DNA of 53,314 nucleotides, counting the filler, from Bipalium vagum (Eukaryota), in NCBI GenBank assembly GCA_037834085.1. It is 3 parts of 3 records of this genome, joined end to end, with 100 filler letters (N's around TTAATTAATTAA, not from the genome) between each part and the next. Parts side by side here need not be neighbours in the genome. Positions count along the whole stretch, not along the records: positions 1 to 19,885 come from JBBMKC010265341.1; positions 19,986 to 36,627 come from JBBMKC010100994.1; 1 more part is not named here. One strand, given 5' to 3'. Each line of letters opens with the position of its first letter. The stretch's first letter is position 1. The position numbers were made by a program, and so were the translations under genes. This document shows positions 13,227 through 26,228 of the stretch, one piece after another. A model generated the notes under the pieces. The model was not told the origin of the DNA. It worked only from the letters and a program-made list of their open reading frames with translations, and made no database searches.

Positions 13227-16200
13227 TCACGCAATGGTTTTCGATTCCAATTTCTGAATGTTCTCTGACAAATCATTTTTGTTAAAAACTGAAATAACTC
13301 TCTGCTTGAGACTGTTGTCCTTCGGTCTCTTGGAACACAAAGAGATCAGTATTTGCACTCCTCTCTCCGAATCACCTTTTTCGATTTCCGCTTGAGCAAC
13401 GCTGAAAAAAGTTATATGTTTATGTAACAAAATAATCAATTGTATTTACCGAATATGAAAATCTCGAAATTCGTTGGCTTTCAAAGACCTTTCAGCATTG
13501 ACAATAGTTTCCTTGACAACTGAAAACTTTTTCTGCACAAAACGAATCAAAAACAAATTGAACCACGAGACGGACTCAAAATGAAAATCCTTGACAAATC
13601 TCTTGGCAACAGTTTCGGCCAGCTCGAACAGTCCGTTCTCTGTCAATTTCTCCAAAACGTGAATGTAAAACAATTTTGCTTTTTGAGTAAGTCCGCGTTC
13701 CAAAACCTTGGTGAATCGCTTGAGATCGCTTTCATAATCACCGTTTTCATCGCTTGTCGACGCAGCCAGCTGTCGTATTTCTAAATCGATATATTCCTTC
13801 ATGACCCGGAAGCGATTCTCAGTGTCTTTGGCTTGCAAAGATTTCATTGCCCGTTCCGCAATGGCGCGAGACTTGTCGAAATTCTTGTTTTCCTCGTCTA
13901 AATAGAATCTCATAAACTTGATCCACGATCCGGAATCGTTGGGATTGTTGAACAGGAGCAACTCGAACTCAGATTCGTTTATTGGGTTCTTCAAGTGTTC
14001 TCCTAGATCTCTCCTTTTCTCAGCATTTCTGATCGATAATTCCCGTTCTACCTTGCTTATTTTTTTCGTTAGTTTCGCTTTCTTTGCCGGTGTCTCTTCA
14101 TCTGACGACTCTTGTTCCGATCCTTCCTCAGACTTTTCTGAGTTCTCATCATCTGATCTGTGTATTTTTTTGTAAACTGAAGATAGATTTTCCTTTTCTT
14201 TTTTGGCTTTTCGCTTCCTAACAATTATGGGAATCTCTTCATCTTGTTCCAGACATTTTTCCTGTGATTCTGAATCTTCTCCTTCTTCGATCTCTTCCAT
14301 TTCTACATCTTGCGACACATTTTTTTCATCGCACTCTACATCCCCTCCTTCTTTATCAAGATTTTCGTTATCATCATCACTTTGTTTCTCTTTATTCTCA
14401 TCTTCCAATCTCTGAACTTTGGAAACAGTCAGGAAATAGTTCATTTTTGATCCTGCATTGGAAATATTCACCACTCTGCATTCAACAACGCTATTCATGC
14501 GTGCCTGGATCGATACTTTTTTGTCCAATTTCATTGGATCGATAAATCCCGTCAAATCGAACGGTAATTTCAGTCGATATTTGTTGATTTTAAATTTCGA
14601 AATCACTTTACAGCACACAACATCACCGACCTCCACAACAGATTTGTTCAAAAAGTGACCAGTAGCCAAGCCGTTAGTTTTTACTTTCCGATCGATAATC
14701 GTCACTTCCTTCTCCATCAGCGATTGTGGAGCCGGGGGATTCATCAACAAATTCTGTAATTCCTCTATATTATTTGTATATTCTATTAAACTACAGAACC
14801 CTTTCTGACGTTTCGACAAGTAAAAGAACAGCTTGTTTTTGGTTATCGAATGAAAATATACTGGATATGTCGAGTTTGTCTGGATTTTTATTTTCTTTGG
14901 TAAATCTTTAAACTTAATTATTTTCTTCGGATCCACGGTTGTGTGTTTCGGGCAACTTATTGGTTCATTGATTAACAAAGATCCGACGAACACCCTATTT
15001 GAGAGTTCTGCCTTGATAACGGTCGCATTATTCTGCTTGAGAACCCAGACGTATTTTTTGACCATATCGTTCCAAAACCTCTTTGTAGGAATGAAGACTA
15101 CGTTTCCGTGTGCGTGACCCTTCAACATGGCAACAACATAGTCTTGATTGAAGAAAATAACCTCTGATGAGATAGTGCTATCAATTTTTATTTTCGTTTT
15201 GTCGTCGTTTCGATTTCGCACGGCATTTACCATTGATCCTATCATACAAACCTCCACAACTTGCTCGTTCAAGTCAATATCGATCACGATACCCTCTTGG
15301 TGACTGCCCTCTGTGATAATTTTATCGGGCAATAACTGATTTTTAACAAATCCAGATACACTGCTTTCTTCTTGTGAATTTTCGTCATTCATTACTTTTA
15401 AAGTAAAACCCCAATCACACTGCTTCGTAATAACGACATTCACCAGATCCCCTATCTCCAAAGTCTTGAGGCTTTTTTTACAATTCGATTTCAAATATTT
15501 TCGTTCTTCCAAATGATTGATCAAGAAATCAATAGCACCTATTTTCATGTGCTCTATCGCTCGATAGGTGTCACTCATTTTCAATGAAAATAATAACCGA
15601 TTTGGGGTTGCCGGATCTATTTCTGTAACTTTTACTTCAACAGTGTCACCAATTTCGAAGAAGTCGCTCGGTTGACAACCGGGTATTGGTTTGATATCAC
15701 TAATATCTTTGTTCCTCACCAACCCCTTGATTCCAGTAGGTAATTCTACGAACAATCCATATGATTCCTTTTTTGAGATCCAACCAATCCATTGACTGTC
15801 GAGGGTAACTTTGTCGCCATTTGTCAACATCCTACCCGATACGGCAGCATTTACCAAAGACTTTTTCATGGAAACAAATATTTTCTTTTGTACGGTATTG
15901 ATGATAGTAATTAAAACTTTAGGTTCTATTTCCAAAGTGCTCGTGAAATGAGCTTGATACAGACTCTGGTGCTCTCTGCTATCAGACAATTGATTAAAAG
16001 GTAAGAATGCGACTTTCTTCAATGGAATCAGTAAAACGTTGAATCCTTCGGCTCTTGTCTGTTTCACAATGGCTTCGTAAACGTTTCCCGTACTAAGACG
16101 GCTGTCCAGAACTTCAGGTCCATCATCTTCAATTTCTTCGTCCGTTTTCAGAGACAGTTCGATTTTGTTGGATCGCTCATCCCATCGTACCAGTTTCACG

Positions 16201-17881
16201 ACGACAGGCTTTCCGGTAAAATAAGACACGGACAAGGATTTTTTATTACTATCCGGAACTCTTGAAATAGGTACCCAAGCCTGGAAAATTGAAATATCAA
16301 TATTCGATTCCAAAATTTAGATAAATAACCTTGATATTGTTGAACAGAACAACAACGAGTCCAAATTCCATAATTGAAGCCACAAATCCGTCCAGCAGCA
16401 TTCCGACAACGAAATCATGATAACCAGTTACCACTGGCAAAGTTGATTTCATCAAACTCTTTTTTACAGTTAGCAACAATCGGTTTTCTTCTTTGTCAAT
16501 ATGAAAAACACGGCACTGCACCTCATCACCGGGCTTGTAAATGATGTTCGGTTGTGTTACCTTCTTATCACTCAAATGCGACACTGGAATCAATCCAGTC
16601 AGATTACTTGAAATTTGTATTGTATATCCGCCCTTTATGAACTTTTTCACTGTTCCTTTTATGATCTCTCCCAACTTAGCTTGGTGCACACTGAAATAGG
16701 ATAGGGAGACTAATCTTTTCAAAGTCGTGAAAAGGATCAAATTGTCAATAAAATTGTAATCTAGGACTCTGGCAACGACTGTCTTGCCCTGTTCCAGTTG
16801 AAAAATGCTCTCATCAATGTGAGCTTTTGTAACCATACACGAAGCATATTTGTAATCTGGAATGGAAAGTAAGACATGATTCTTTCCCATTTCCTCGATA
16901 ACTGCATTGTTGTATGAATGCCCAATTTGAATGTTCATCAATTCCTCTGATCCTTTAAAGGGAGGTCGCAAATGTGACAATGTTGAACAGTCAAGTTGTT
17001 TCAAAGCGCTATCTACACCAATAACACATAACAACAATTCACTGGATGGTGATTGTGTGATCCTGTGGTGATCGTACTTCACGGTAACTGGAAATCCTTT
17101 GAACTTTCCTTCCAATTCATTCTTTGTTGATAATTTGACTGTAGTTCTGATGATTGTCCCAGGTAGGATTGAGTCAAAGTCGCAATCGTCGGATGAGGAT
17201 ATCTAAAATGACAGAATTTTACTAAAATATAATGTTTGAATAAGTTTTACATCTATCAGTTTGTGGCTTGTGCTGGTAGAAAAGTTTAGGACCCTTGATT
17301 TTTTAGCATTTCTTTCTTTTTCTGATATAATTGGATAAGCTTCAATAATCATACCAATATCATAATCTTCAGCTAATAAAAATTTTTGAATAAATATCAG
17401 AAAACTTAAACATACTTGAACAATTTTCGAACGGTAGAAACCCATTTAATGCACCAATTCCAGTTTCTAAAATATACCCTTTGTCTTCTTTACTTTTTAT
17501 TGCAACTTGCATTCTCATCCCATTTTTTAAGCGATTTATATTAATATTTCCATTTATGGCAGAAGGCATTAAAGTCAAATCGCATTTATTATTACCAATA
17601 TTTTTAATTAATTTCACTTGAACTAACTGACCTTTAGTGAACATTTTATTAAGTTCAGAAACATCCTAATTAGAACGGTTAAATTTTACTTTAATTAAAA
17701 AAAAATAACATTTTGTTTATTGCTGTCATCAGTAAGCTGATTGAGTAAAACGTTATACTGTTCTGAAATTGAAAAAATTTGACAGACACCCTTTAAATTA
17801 TGTGGTAAGGATATAATCAATTTATATTTGTGAATTTCTTTTATTCTTCCCAACACTAACGAATCATTCTCCATCTTCAAC
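13227..17881 (-). CDS. RRP5: rRNA biogenesis protein RRP5/PDCD11 (tandem S1 domains, acidic linker, C-terminal HAT/TPR); exons 17881-17710, 17665-17416, 17372-17251, 17202-16330, 16280-13450, 13401-13227; 5' start unresolved
   Basis: Multiple S1 repeats (GLFVELPTGIKGLV, GLIPVSHLSD, DSILPG) and the HAT region (EFELLLFNNPNDSGSWIKFM, RAIAERA, KGDSERG). Phase-consistent GT-AG introns of 43-49 nt; ~1470 aa; AATAAA overlaps the TGA stop. Confidence 0.95.
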
Positions 17882-18776
17882 CTATATATACATGTAATAT
17901 CAAACTTTATAGAAACAATTTTTTAAGATAATTTACTTTAAATTTTAAATAAGATAAATAATATTGTAGAAGCGTGAATGTTTAAAATATATATAATATT
18001 ATTTAAACAATGTGCTTTTAATATTGAAAATCATTCCATTAACACATTAATTTAAATTAATTTAAAATACTTTAGTGCTTTACTTTAAGCAAGTAAATAC
18101 TTGAAGTATAGAAAGATTTATAAAAAAATTGTTTTTGAAAAAAAGAATTTAGCCACAAAAATTCATAATAATTATATTCAGGGTTCTTTAAAATTTTTAA
18201 TAATTTTAAAATTTTTTTATCGAAATTCATTTTTATTATTACTACAATTATGAAACCCACAATTTAAAATGGCAGAAAAAACATTTTACAAATATTTTCT
18301 ATAATTATTTAATAACAGTTCATAATAGATTCCTTCAAACTTAATTTTGAAATGGGTGGTAAATTTTAAGTATATAATATCAGGATTTTATTAGATCTGT
18401 AATTAGAAACAGATTTAGTAATATTCGTCCAAAAAGGAATTTTATTTTGAGTGGTCGGCTGGCCAATGTGAAGGTTAATGGAATCCTCAATGGACTATCC
18501 AAAATGTAGTTGATCAGATTTTATCTAAAGCTATTTCGTCAAAAGAAAATTATTTTGAAGATATCAATCTTCGAGAAGAATTTTCAAAACAGGTTACAAA
18601 TTTTTATGAATATACTTTTCATGCGACAGGAGTCAACCGCAATTTCTTTGTTTCGTTATGTAAAAGATAATGAATTAAAAGAAATAGAATTTTTTATGAA
18701 AACTTTTTATCCTAATATACTTTACAATGTAAAGTTCTAAAGACATCTTATTTATATTATAAAAAATGGAAGAAAA

Positions 18777-18857
18777 TTTTGTTGGCGCAACTCTTATCTA
18801 GCTCACCTAACCTACGTCGAGGTTGCTGTGGGCCTATCTAAAGAGCTCGTAACAAAA
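18777..18857. other. Isolated GC-rich ~80 nt stem-loop of unknown identity
   Basis: Nested pairings ttttgtt/aacaaaa, ctctt/aagag, gctcac/gtgggc and aacct/aggtt around loop acgtcg. Confidence 0.5.
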
Positions 18858-19885
18858 ACACAAAACTATTCTAAAAATGTATTAATAAAATGAGGATAAG
18901 ACCCATTTAATTACACAAACAAACTGCAACAATCGGAAGTCAAACTAAATCACCAAACTGATCAGGAAGTCTACAAGCAAAAATCCTTAATTAAAAAGCT
19001 GTGCCAGAGAAAACCCTGGTCAGTAAGATAAAATTACCAAAATAAAACATACCATTTATCTGACAATTTTCTGGGCGAAAAATAATGAATTTTAAAAATT
19101 AGTAGTTGATTCTAAAATAATATTTAAATTTTTTATAAAAATGTATTTAATTAATTTTAAATTAATAATTAATAATTAAAATACTTAATTTGAAATTAGC
19201 CAGCTTATTATTTAAATTTTATTTTTTGACAAAATTTTATTTACAGAACTTATAAGATGGGAGTCGAACCTCAAAAAATTTAATGAAAAAATTTATGTTG
19301 AAAATTCTGAAATTATTAAACAAACTGCTCCTATTTACCCTGTTTTACAAAATAAATTCTTCTATGAAGATGACGAAATTTTCTCTAATTCTTGATTCAG
19401 CAATTAGTAAATATAAAAATTTAAAATTTTATAAATGAGAAAAAAGTTTTAGAAAATTTATAAAAACATAAAAAATTTCAATTTAAATATATAAAATAGA
19501 TTCTTGTTTAAAAATCGAATGTATTTTTATTGGAGGAATTGTTGGAATTGGAACAGCAATTTTAACTGGAGTTTCAACATTTGGAACTAGTTTATTAATT
19601 TATGTTTCTGTTAATATTGCAATCTTTGTAAATTTATTTATTTATGAAAAAAATAATATAGGAATTATACTGGTCGATATAATTATTTATACTTCTTCTT
19701 TATGTTTCTTTAAGTGAATTTATCTCATTTAAGGGATTTCCTGCTGGTTCAAATTTAAAATTATGTCTGTTGTTATCTTCTAGGTACTAATACATATTCC
19801 TGAATTGAAAATATATTATTTTGTAAATTATTTTGTAATTTTGATTATCAATAATGAAATAAAGGACATAATTTTTTATACCACT

Positions 19886-19985
19886 NNNNNNNNNNNNNNN
19901 NNNNNNNNNNNNNNNNNNNNNNNNNNNNNTTAATTAATTAANNNNNNNNNNNNNNNNNNNNNNNNNNNNNNNNNNNNNNNNNNNN
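19886..19985. other. Artificial contig linker (44 N + TTAATTAATTAA + 44 N)
   Basis: Six-frame stop 12-mer at 19930-19941 centred in a 100-nt gap; identical design at 36628-36727. Confidence 0.95.
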
Positions 19986-20691
19986 ATGTTATAAATACCT
20001 TATAAGTTGAAAAAAATAATTCAATAATTCAATAGGGAGTTAATTATCAATCACCCTGTATATTTTTTGATTTGTATTTTAATGTGGAAATTGATTTTGT
20101 TTGGAAATGTAATTTGAAAAAGAGAAAAAGAAAGGAGAATCAAAAAGTATGAAAAGTAAAAGAGAAATGAAAAAAAATTGGAGAATGAATATGAGAAACG
20201 GGGGGAAGAAAGAGGAAAAGGAAGGAAGGAAAAGATAAAATATAAGAGAAAGAGTGAAGATATTGGTGACTGTAAATAAGTTATCGAAATTTATCACTCC
20301 ATGAAGAAAAGAGACTGAGATGGTGAGAAACAGTAAAACATAATAATAAGGAATTGACATTGAGAAATCGAAGGAAAAGAGTGACGGAGAGAAGAGAACC
20401 AGTGAGAAAGAAACATTTAATTTTTAAATGTTTTTTTCATATGAAGGGTGAAAGAGAGAAAAAGATAAAAGGAGCTAAGTTGATCTAACAGAATAAGAGA
20501 TAATTTTTTGTCAAACGGAAAGGATATGAGGAAATTAAAACCGACCGTAATCATCAAAAGTGGATTTATCAATGTTATATTTTTTATGGTTATGTTGTTA
20601 TGGTTATTATCGATTGTTATTTGTATTATTGAATATCTTATCATTATTATTACTAATTATAATAAATTTAATCTTTTTTTTCGTCTTCCAG

Positions 20692-23600
20692 ATTGAACTG
20701 GAAGAATATCTTAACAAGCACGCACTGTTTTTCGACATCTTGGACGGGTCGATAGTGAAAGCCTGCGATATATCGAATGTCAATATTTTGATCAATGACA
20801 ATTGCAATTTGGAGACGCTGTGCGCAGATTCGGAACCCATGACGCTCACCAACAAAAAGGGATTGGTGTACCATATCGCTAAGTTGTGGGGCATTATCGA
20901 TCTCGGTCAGCATGAGCATGTGTTCTTCGACAAATCGATTTTTAAAAACATTGAAAATCTCGAGAAATACTTTCAGGTAAAAAACAACGAAGGGTAGGGA
21001 AGAGAGATGATTATTGATTTTTTCCCATACATTTTTAAAATTATCGATTTTTTCTGTAAGGAGAAAGGTATCTGGATATTAAAGCTGAAAATGAGCGACA
21101 TCTCTTGTTCCTTTTTTGGTAAAGAGCCCTTGAATTCTTTTTATCATTTTATAAATTCTTTTCGGGAACCGGGAATGTAGAACGCTGTTGGGTGTCGCTG
21201 TCAATCACTCCATTACCTGAGAGGGCGTTGCTGTCACTCTTCATTGAATATAAAAAAACTCTTTATCTACAATAGTAATAATAATAATAGCAATAACAAG
21301 AGCTCACGTGTCTCTTAATTTTTTGTCCGGTTTGTTTCAATCGAATTCTTTCATTAGAGAAGTTCTGACAATTTTCTTTTTCCCTGAAAAATAAATTGAA
21401 ATCTGTTAATTAGTATCAATAATCAATTTTAAATTAATGACTTATTTTTATTAACTGTTGATTTATTTTTTTATCTAATTTTTTTATTTAATAATTATTG
21501 AATTTTAATAATTATATTAACATTATTAAATTATTTTATAAATAAATTGATTATTTAATATTATTGATCAGCATTGATTTATTTTTTTATTGAATGGTAA
21601 ATATTGATTTCCATAGTAACATGGGCATCTTTTATTTTTTTATAATTTTTTCTGATGTGCAATAGGAATTATGAATTTACAATAAATGAAATTGAAAACA
21701 TTTCATTTTAAAATTTAATTTAATTATTATAAATCGTAATATATTACATATATATAATATAAAAGAAAATAATCAATATTATCTAACTTATTTTATAAAA
21801 ACTAAATTAATCAATTAAAAAATTTTTGTATATTTTCATAACCAAACGATTTTGGCACTATTCAGCACATCTAATTATGTTTCGCTTTTTACCGCACTTT
21901 CTATTTTGTCATTTTTATTCTTATTCAATTAATTCTTTTTTACTGCTTTGACGATTTTAAGGGAATATTTTAAAAATATTTATTGACACGTCATTATTGA
22001 TTTTCTAAAAATTATTGTTTCGATAATTATTATCAGTTTAATTTTTTTATTTGTATTTGTTTTTTTCTCACGTTTTATTTCATTAGTTTTTTCGATTTTT
22101 GTAATAAATATTCTGAATGTTCATTTTTAATCAATATTCAATTGCTCTTCATTTTGCACTTATAAATATTTAATATTGATCTGATCACCACCTCGATAAA
22201 ATCTCCGCTATTATTTCTCTTATTTTTTTCTTATTATTATTATATTATATTATTATATCGTATATTATTATTATATTAATCAATTATCATTAGGCTGGTT
22301 GGCTGGTACGCAAGTGACGAAAATGCGATCACTATGTTTGAGACCATAATAAATTATTCTCGAACCTATTCGCTCTCGACTTCAATAACTGCCAACTCTA
22401 ACTTTCAGTTTGTTAAGGAACAACCGATTTTGGAAGAGAAAGAAAGAAAGAACTGAAGAATTTCTTAGGCTTCAATCAAAGTTAAAGAAGAAGAAATTAC
22501 TAAACATGTTCGAGAATACCCACAAGGAATTGGCAATAAGAAACAGTAGCTAATTGAAATTTAAAATGCTCATGTGTGCTCTTTAGTAGAAGAAAATTTT
22601 GAAAGTGTCCTGGAAATCACCTCCATCACAAGCTTTGAAGGAATAAAAAATTTTCAGCTTCAAAAACTTTAGAAACAATAACGCAAAATATGCTGACTGC
22701 GATTTATAACTGTAAATGAGATTCCAGTTCTTTTTGTTTTGAATACAATAATTGTTGTAAAATACAGAAAGAATATCATTTATTACTACAGTCCATTATC
22801 ATAAGGATCAGGTCATTTGGTTTCACAAGTGACAAAATGATTCGATCAATTCATTTGACCCTAGTGGATCATTTTGGAATGGATTCGCTCTCGACTTTAA
22901 TAACTGGCAATTTTGTCAAAAAACAACCAAATCTGTAGGAGAAAGAAGGTTTTCTGTGGCTGATTATTACCGATTAAAACAGTTCCGAAAAGAATAGCTT
23001 CAAAACCTATCTCTGAAAGAAAGTTACTCTACGATTGAGCGATGCGGTAATCTGATTTTCTGATAAGATTGTCAATGACTTGGCTGAGGAGCTCTTTCAG
23101 CCAAACACTTGCTTTTTTCTCTTATGGTTACAAAACTTATGGTCGTTGAAATAGTCTTGCTTTGCCTTCCACATTTTTCTGATGAAATCAAATCTAAATT
23201 TTAAATCTTCAAAAATTTCTATGATTGGTAACGGTCAAAATTAGATTTTTCCAATTAAGTAACTTGGTTTGTTTCAGAAATATTAAATTTTTGAAAAGAA
23301 AAAATAAATAAATTTTTTATTCTCTAAGTCTACCAATTTAAGATTTTTCGAAGAAATAAAGAGCAAGTTAGATTCTGATATTATTATTAAAATATGATTT
23401 TTCGCTATTAATATTTATAAATGATGAGATAGAACTTTGAACATATGGCTTTCAAATTTCTACTTAATACTGAATTGAATTATTTAATTAAAAATTACTT
23501 GTTGATAAAATTTTTTTGGAGACTTACAATAAAAACTTTCAATTTCGCACTCCTTGTAGGACATTGGTATCATTAAGAGAAAAAGGATTTCATGTCATTT

Positions 23601-26228
23601 ATAAAAGAGGCTGAAATTTGGTGTAAGTTTTATAGTTATAAGTTGTTTTAGTGATTTATTTCAAGGTTAGTTTGCTCAATTACTGGGTTTTTATTATATT
23701 AATTAACGTTTCATAATGTTAAATAATCTTGGGATGATGCTTAATAGATACGTTTAAATGAAGGTATTATACAATGATAAAATCTAAAATTGAAAAATAC
23801 ATTGTATTCGTGGTAATTTACTTGCATTAATATTCAAAAATAATCGACCCGAGTTATTTTAATCTAGATATTTCCGGAGACTTAAATTTGAAATGCCAAT
23901 TTGTTTTCTTTGCTGTAAAATAGTACAAAAATGAGTATGGAAACATAGAAAAAGCACACAGGAAGGAGTAAAAAATTAATTGAAGAACAAATAATTAGCA
24001 AAGATTCAAATACTCAATCTAGTTGTATTTGGTACATATTTTGTGTATCTTGTCTTAATTTATGTAATGAAGTTTGGAAATTATATTAGGTTGTAACATG
24101 ATTTTTCGTTATTTTTAAAATATATAAAGTGAAGTAATTATATATTTTAATTGTAAGTAATTAAAAAAGTTTATTGACGAATAATAATGAAAATCATTCG
24201 ATAACATAATTTCCGTCAATGTTAAGGACCTTCTCCTATCTTTCCACCAATTTGTCTAAACCTTTATTCCAGAAATTGCTAGATTTACTCTGAAAGAAAT
24301 TTGTGATCCAAATTTTAAGATCATCCTCGTTCTGAAAATTAATACCTTTCATTTGGCTTGATAACGAACGTAAAGATAAAAATCAGTTGGCGTAAGACCC
24401 TGAGAATATGGAGGGTGTGGAAGAACTTTCCAATCGAGCTCTTGGATGGTGGTTTTGGTAATATTTGCTGTGTATGGGCTGGCGTTATCATGGGGAAGAA
24501 TCACTTTGGCTCGATTATACTGGTATTTCACTTTAATAATGACGTTTACTCGACTCAATCGGCTTATATATAGCAGCTTGTTGACTGTCTTGCCTTTTGG
24601 ATCATTTCCCAGTGTATCAGACCATTCCAAATTCCACGAAACACAGATTATAATTTTTTTATGCAATTCTGGTTTAATTTTGGACGTATCTGTGCAACAA
24701 GGAGCCACCCACTCCTTCCTATATTTTAAGTTTGTATATAGACACCATTTCATCCCCTGTTATGATTCGATGATGAAGACACTCTTTGTGGCCGCGTGTT
24801 GCTCGGTATCTGGCAAGATTTTGGGCATCATTTTTTAAAGGTCTTTCTCTGATTTTTTCATTGAGCCGATATAGTACACAGGAATCAATATTTTGACAAT
24901 CACCATTTGATTTTAGGTGGCGGAAGACTGTCATTGGATTGCTGTTCATCTTTTGAGACAATTCCCTGCATGCTTGACGACCGTACTTTTCAACCAGTCT
25001 TATCAATTGGTTATCATCAAAATTGGATTGGCGATGGTATATGTGGCTTGTCTTGAAGGTCAAATGTGCCATTTTCAAATTTATTATATCAATATTTTGC
25101 AGTTGTCCAGGCCAAAACATATTTTCCGTACACACTTAAAATTTCCTTAACAGCTTTGCTACTTTTTTACTGCAATTAAAATAAAATAATATTAGGTGTT
25201 GAAAATAATGCTTTGATCAATTTGGCATTTCATTTCAAACTTGTAGATTTTTTTAAAAATTAAATGATATATCAAAATACTTACTATATATTTGTTAATA
25301 AGTAAAATATATTTCAAATAAATGAATTTATTCTGGTTAAACAAAAACCGTAATACATTAAATTTACTAAAAGTTATGTTACAACTTAATATATAGTATT
25401 TGTATGAGATATAATAGATCAAAGGACTATAAATAATAATTTATGCAGAACATTGTTCTGTATTAAAGAATGTTGCATTTCTCGTAATTGAATAAAATTT
25501 CATTAATTTGGAAAATATTTGGCAAAAGTTTGAATATTAACAGGAACTTAATAAATTTTTAAAATTTTTCAGTTTCCAAAGATTAAAATTATAGTTAAAA
25601 ACAAACACTCAATACAACAATTAAATCGAAACAGATGCAGAGTAACTTTTAAAAATTACCACTCATCTCGTTATTTCAATATGTAAAAATTAGAAAAAAA
25701 ATGTCTTTGGTTGTAACTTCTGTTTAAACTTTAATTTTGTGTTTATTTGTTAAGGTGGGTGAGAAAATTTATTTTAATGCCGTATTGGCATCAAAAGATT
25801 CTCGAGCCAAATGGCGAGCCACTCGGGTGTGGAAAGAGGCTGATAATCCGATTTTGCAAGATAATTTGTGTAAGGTAATCCAACCAGCAGACACAATGGG
25901 TCTATTATTGGCTGAGGAAATCGATTTTTCGGACGACGAATTGGAATTGGTATTGGCGGCGGCAAATGAAAACAAAGGCAAAAATAACAATAATGTTGCA
26001 CTGTTGGACAAGTTACATATCGATTCCGAAGATGAGAACACAATGAAAAGTATTCAAAGTATTGATGTTGAAGAAGAGATCAATATGAAGTTTTCTGGTA
26101 CAAACGATAAATCGATGAAAAACGCGTATTTCGAAGAGTCGTTCAAAAACTGTAATATTGGAACACAAACTCTCTCGACCGGGGAGATAATGGCCATGCA
26201 TTTTTACCATGATCATTCCATTTTGTGA
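20692..26228 (+). CDS. 3' part of a LIN-66-like cold-shock/OB-fold RNA-binding protein; exons 20692-20976 and 25755-26228; 5' exons not found
   Basis: cttccag|ATT...CAG|gtaaaa and taag|GTG splice in phase 0. The join gives a continuous beta-rich domain GLVYHIAKLWGIIDLGQHEHVFFDKSIF...YFQ/VGEKIYFNAVLASKDSRAKWRATRVW and a C-terminal TQTLSTGEIMA. Gene structure is well supported; the family call is from memory of motifs. Confidence 0.65.
24086..25389 (-). mobile_element. Full-length (1304 bp) inactivated mariner (DD34D-type) in the intron of the LIN-66-like gene
   Basis: TA-flanked TIRs ttaggttgtaacat / atgttacaacttaa; ITGDE, PHDNASP and PHPPYSQGLTPTDFY motifs; frameshifts. Confidence 0.95.

Noticed and set aside
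13581-14911. Several + strand ORFs
   Set aside because: Antisense shadows of the RRP5 large exon.
19500-19720. Glycine-zipper-like stretch GGIVGIGTAILTGVSTFG
   Set aside because: No clear gene structure; the reverse strand reads as an equally plausible Pro-rich remnant; lies near a contig end.
20079-20360. Hydrophobic 93 aa ORF
   Set aside because: Translation of the complement of the GA-rich tract.
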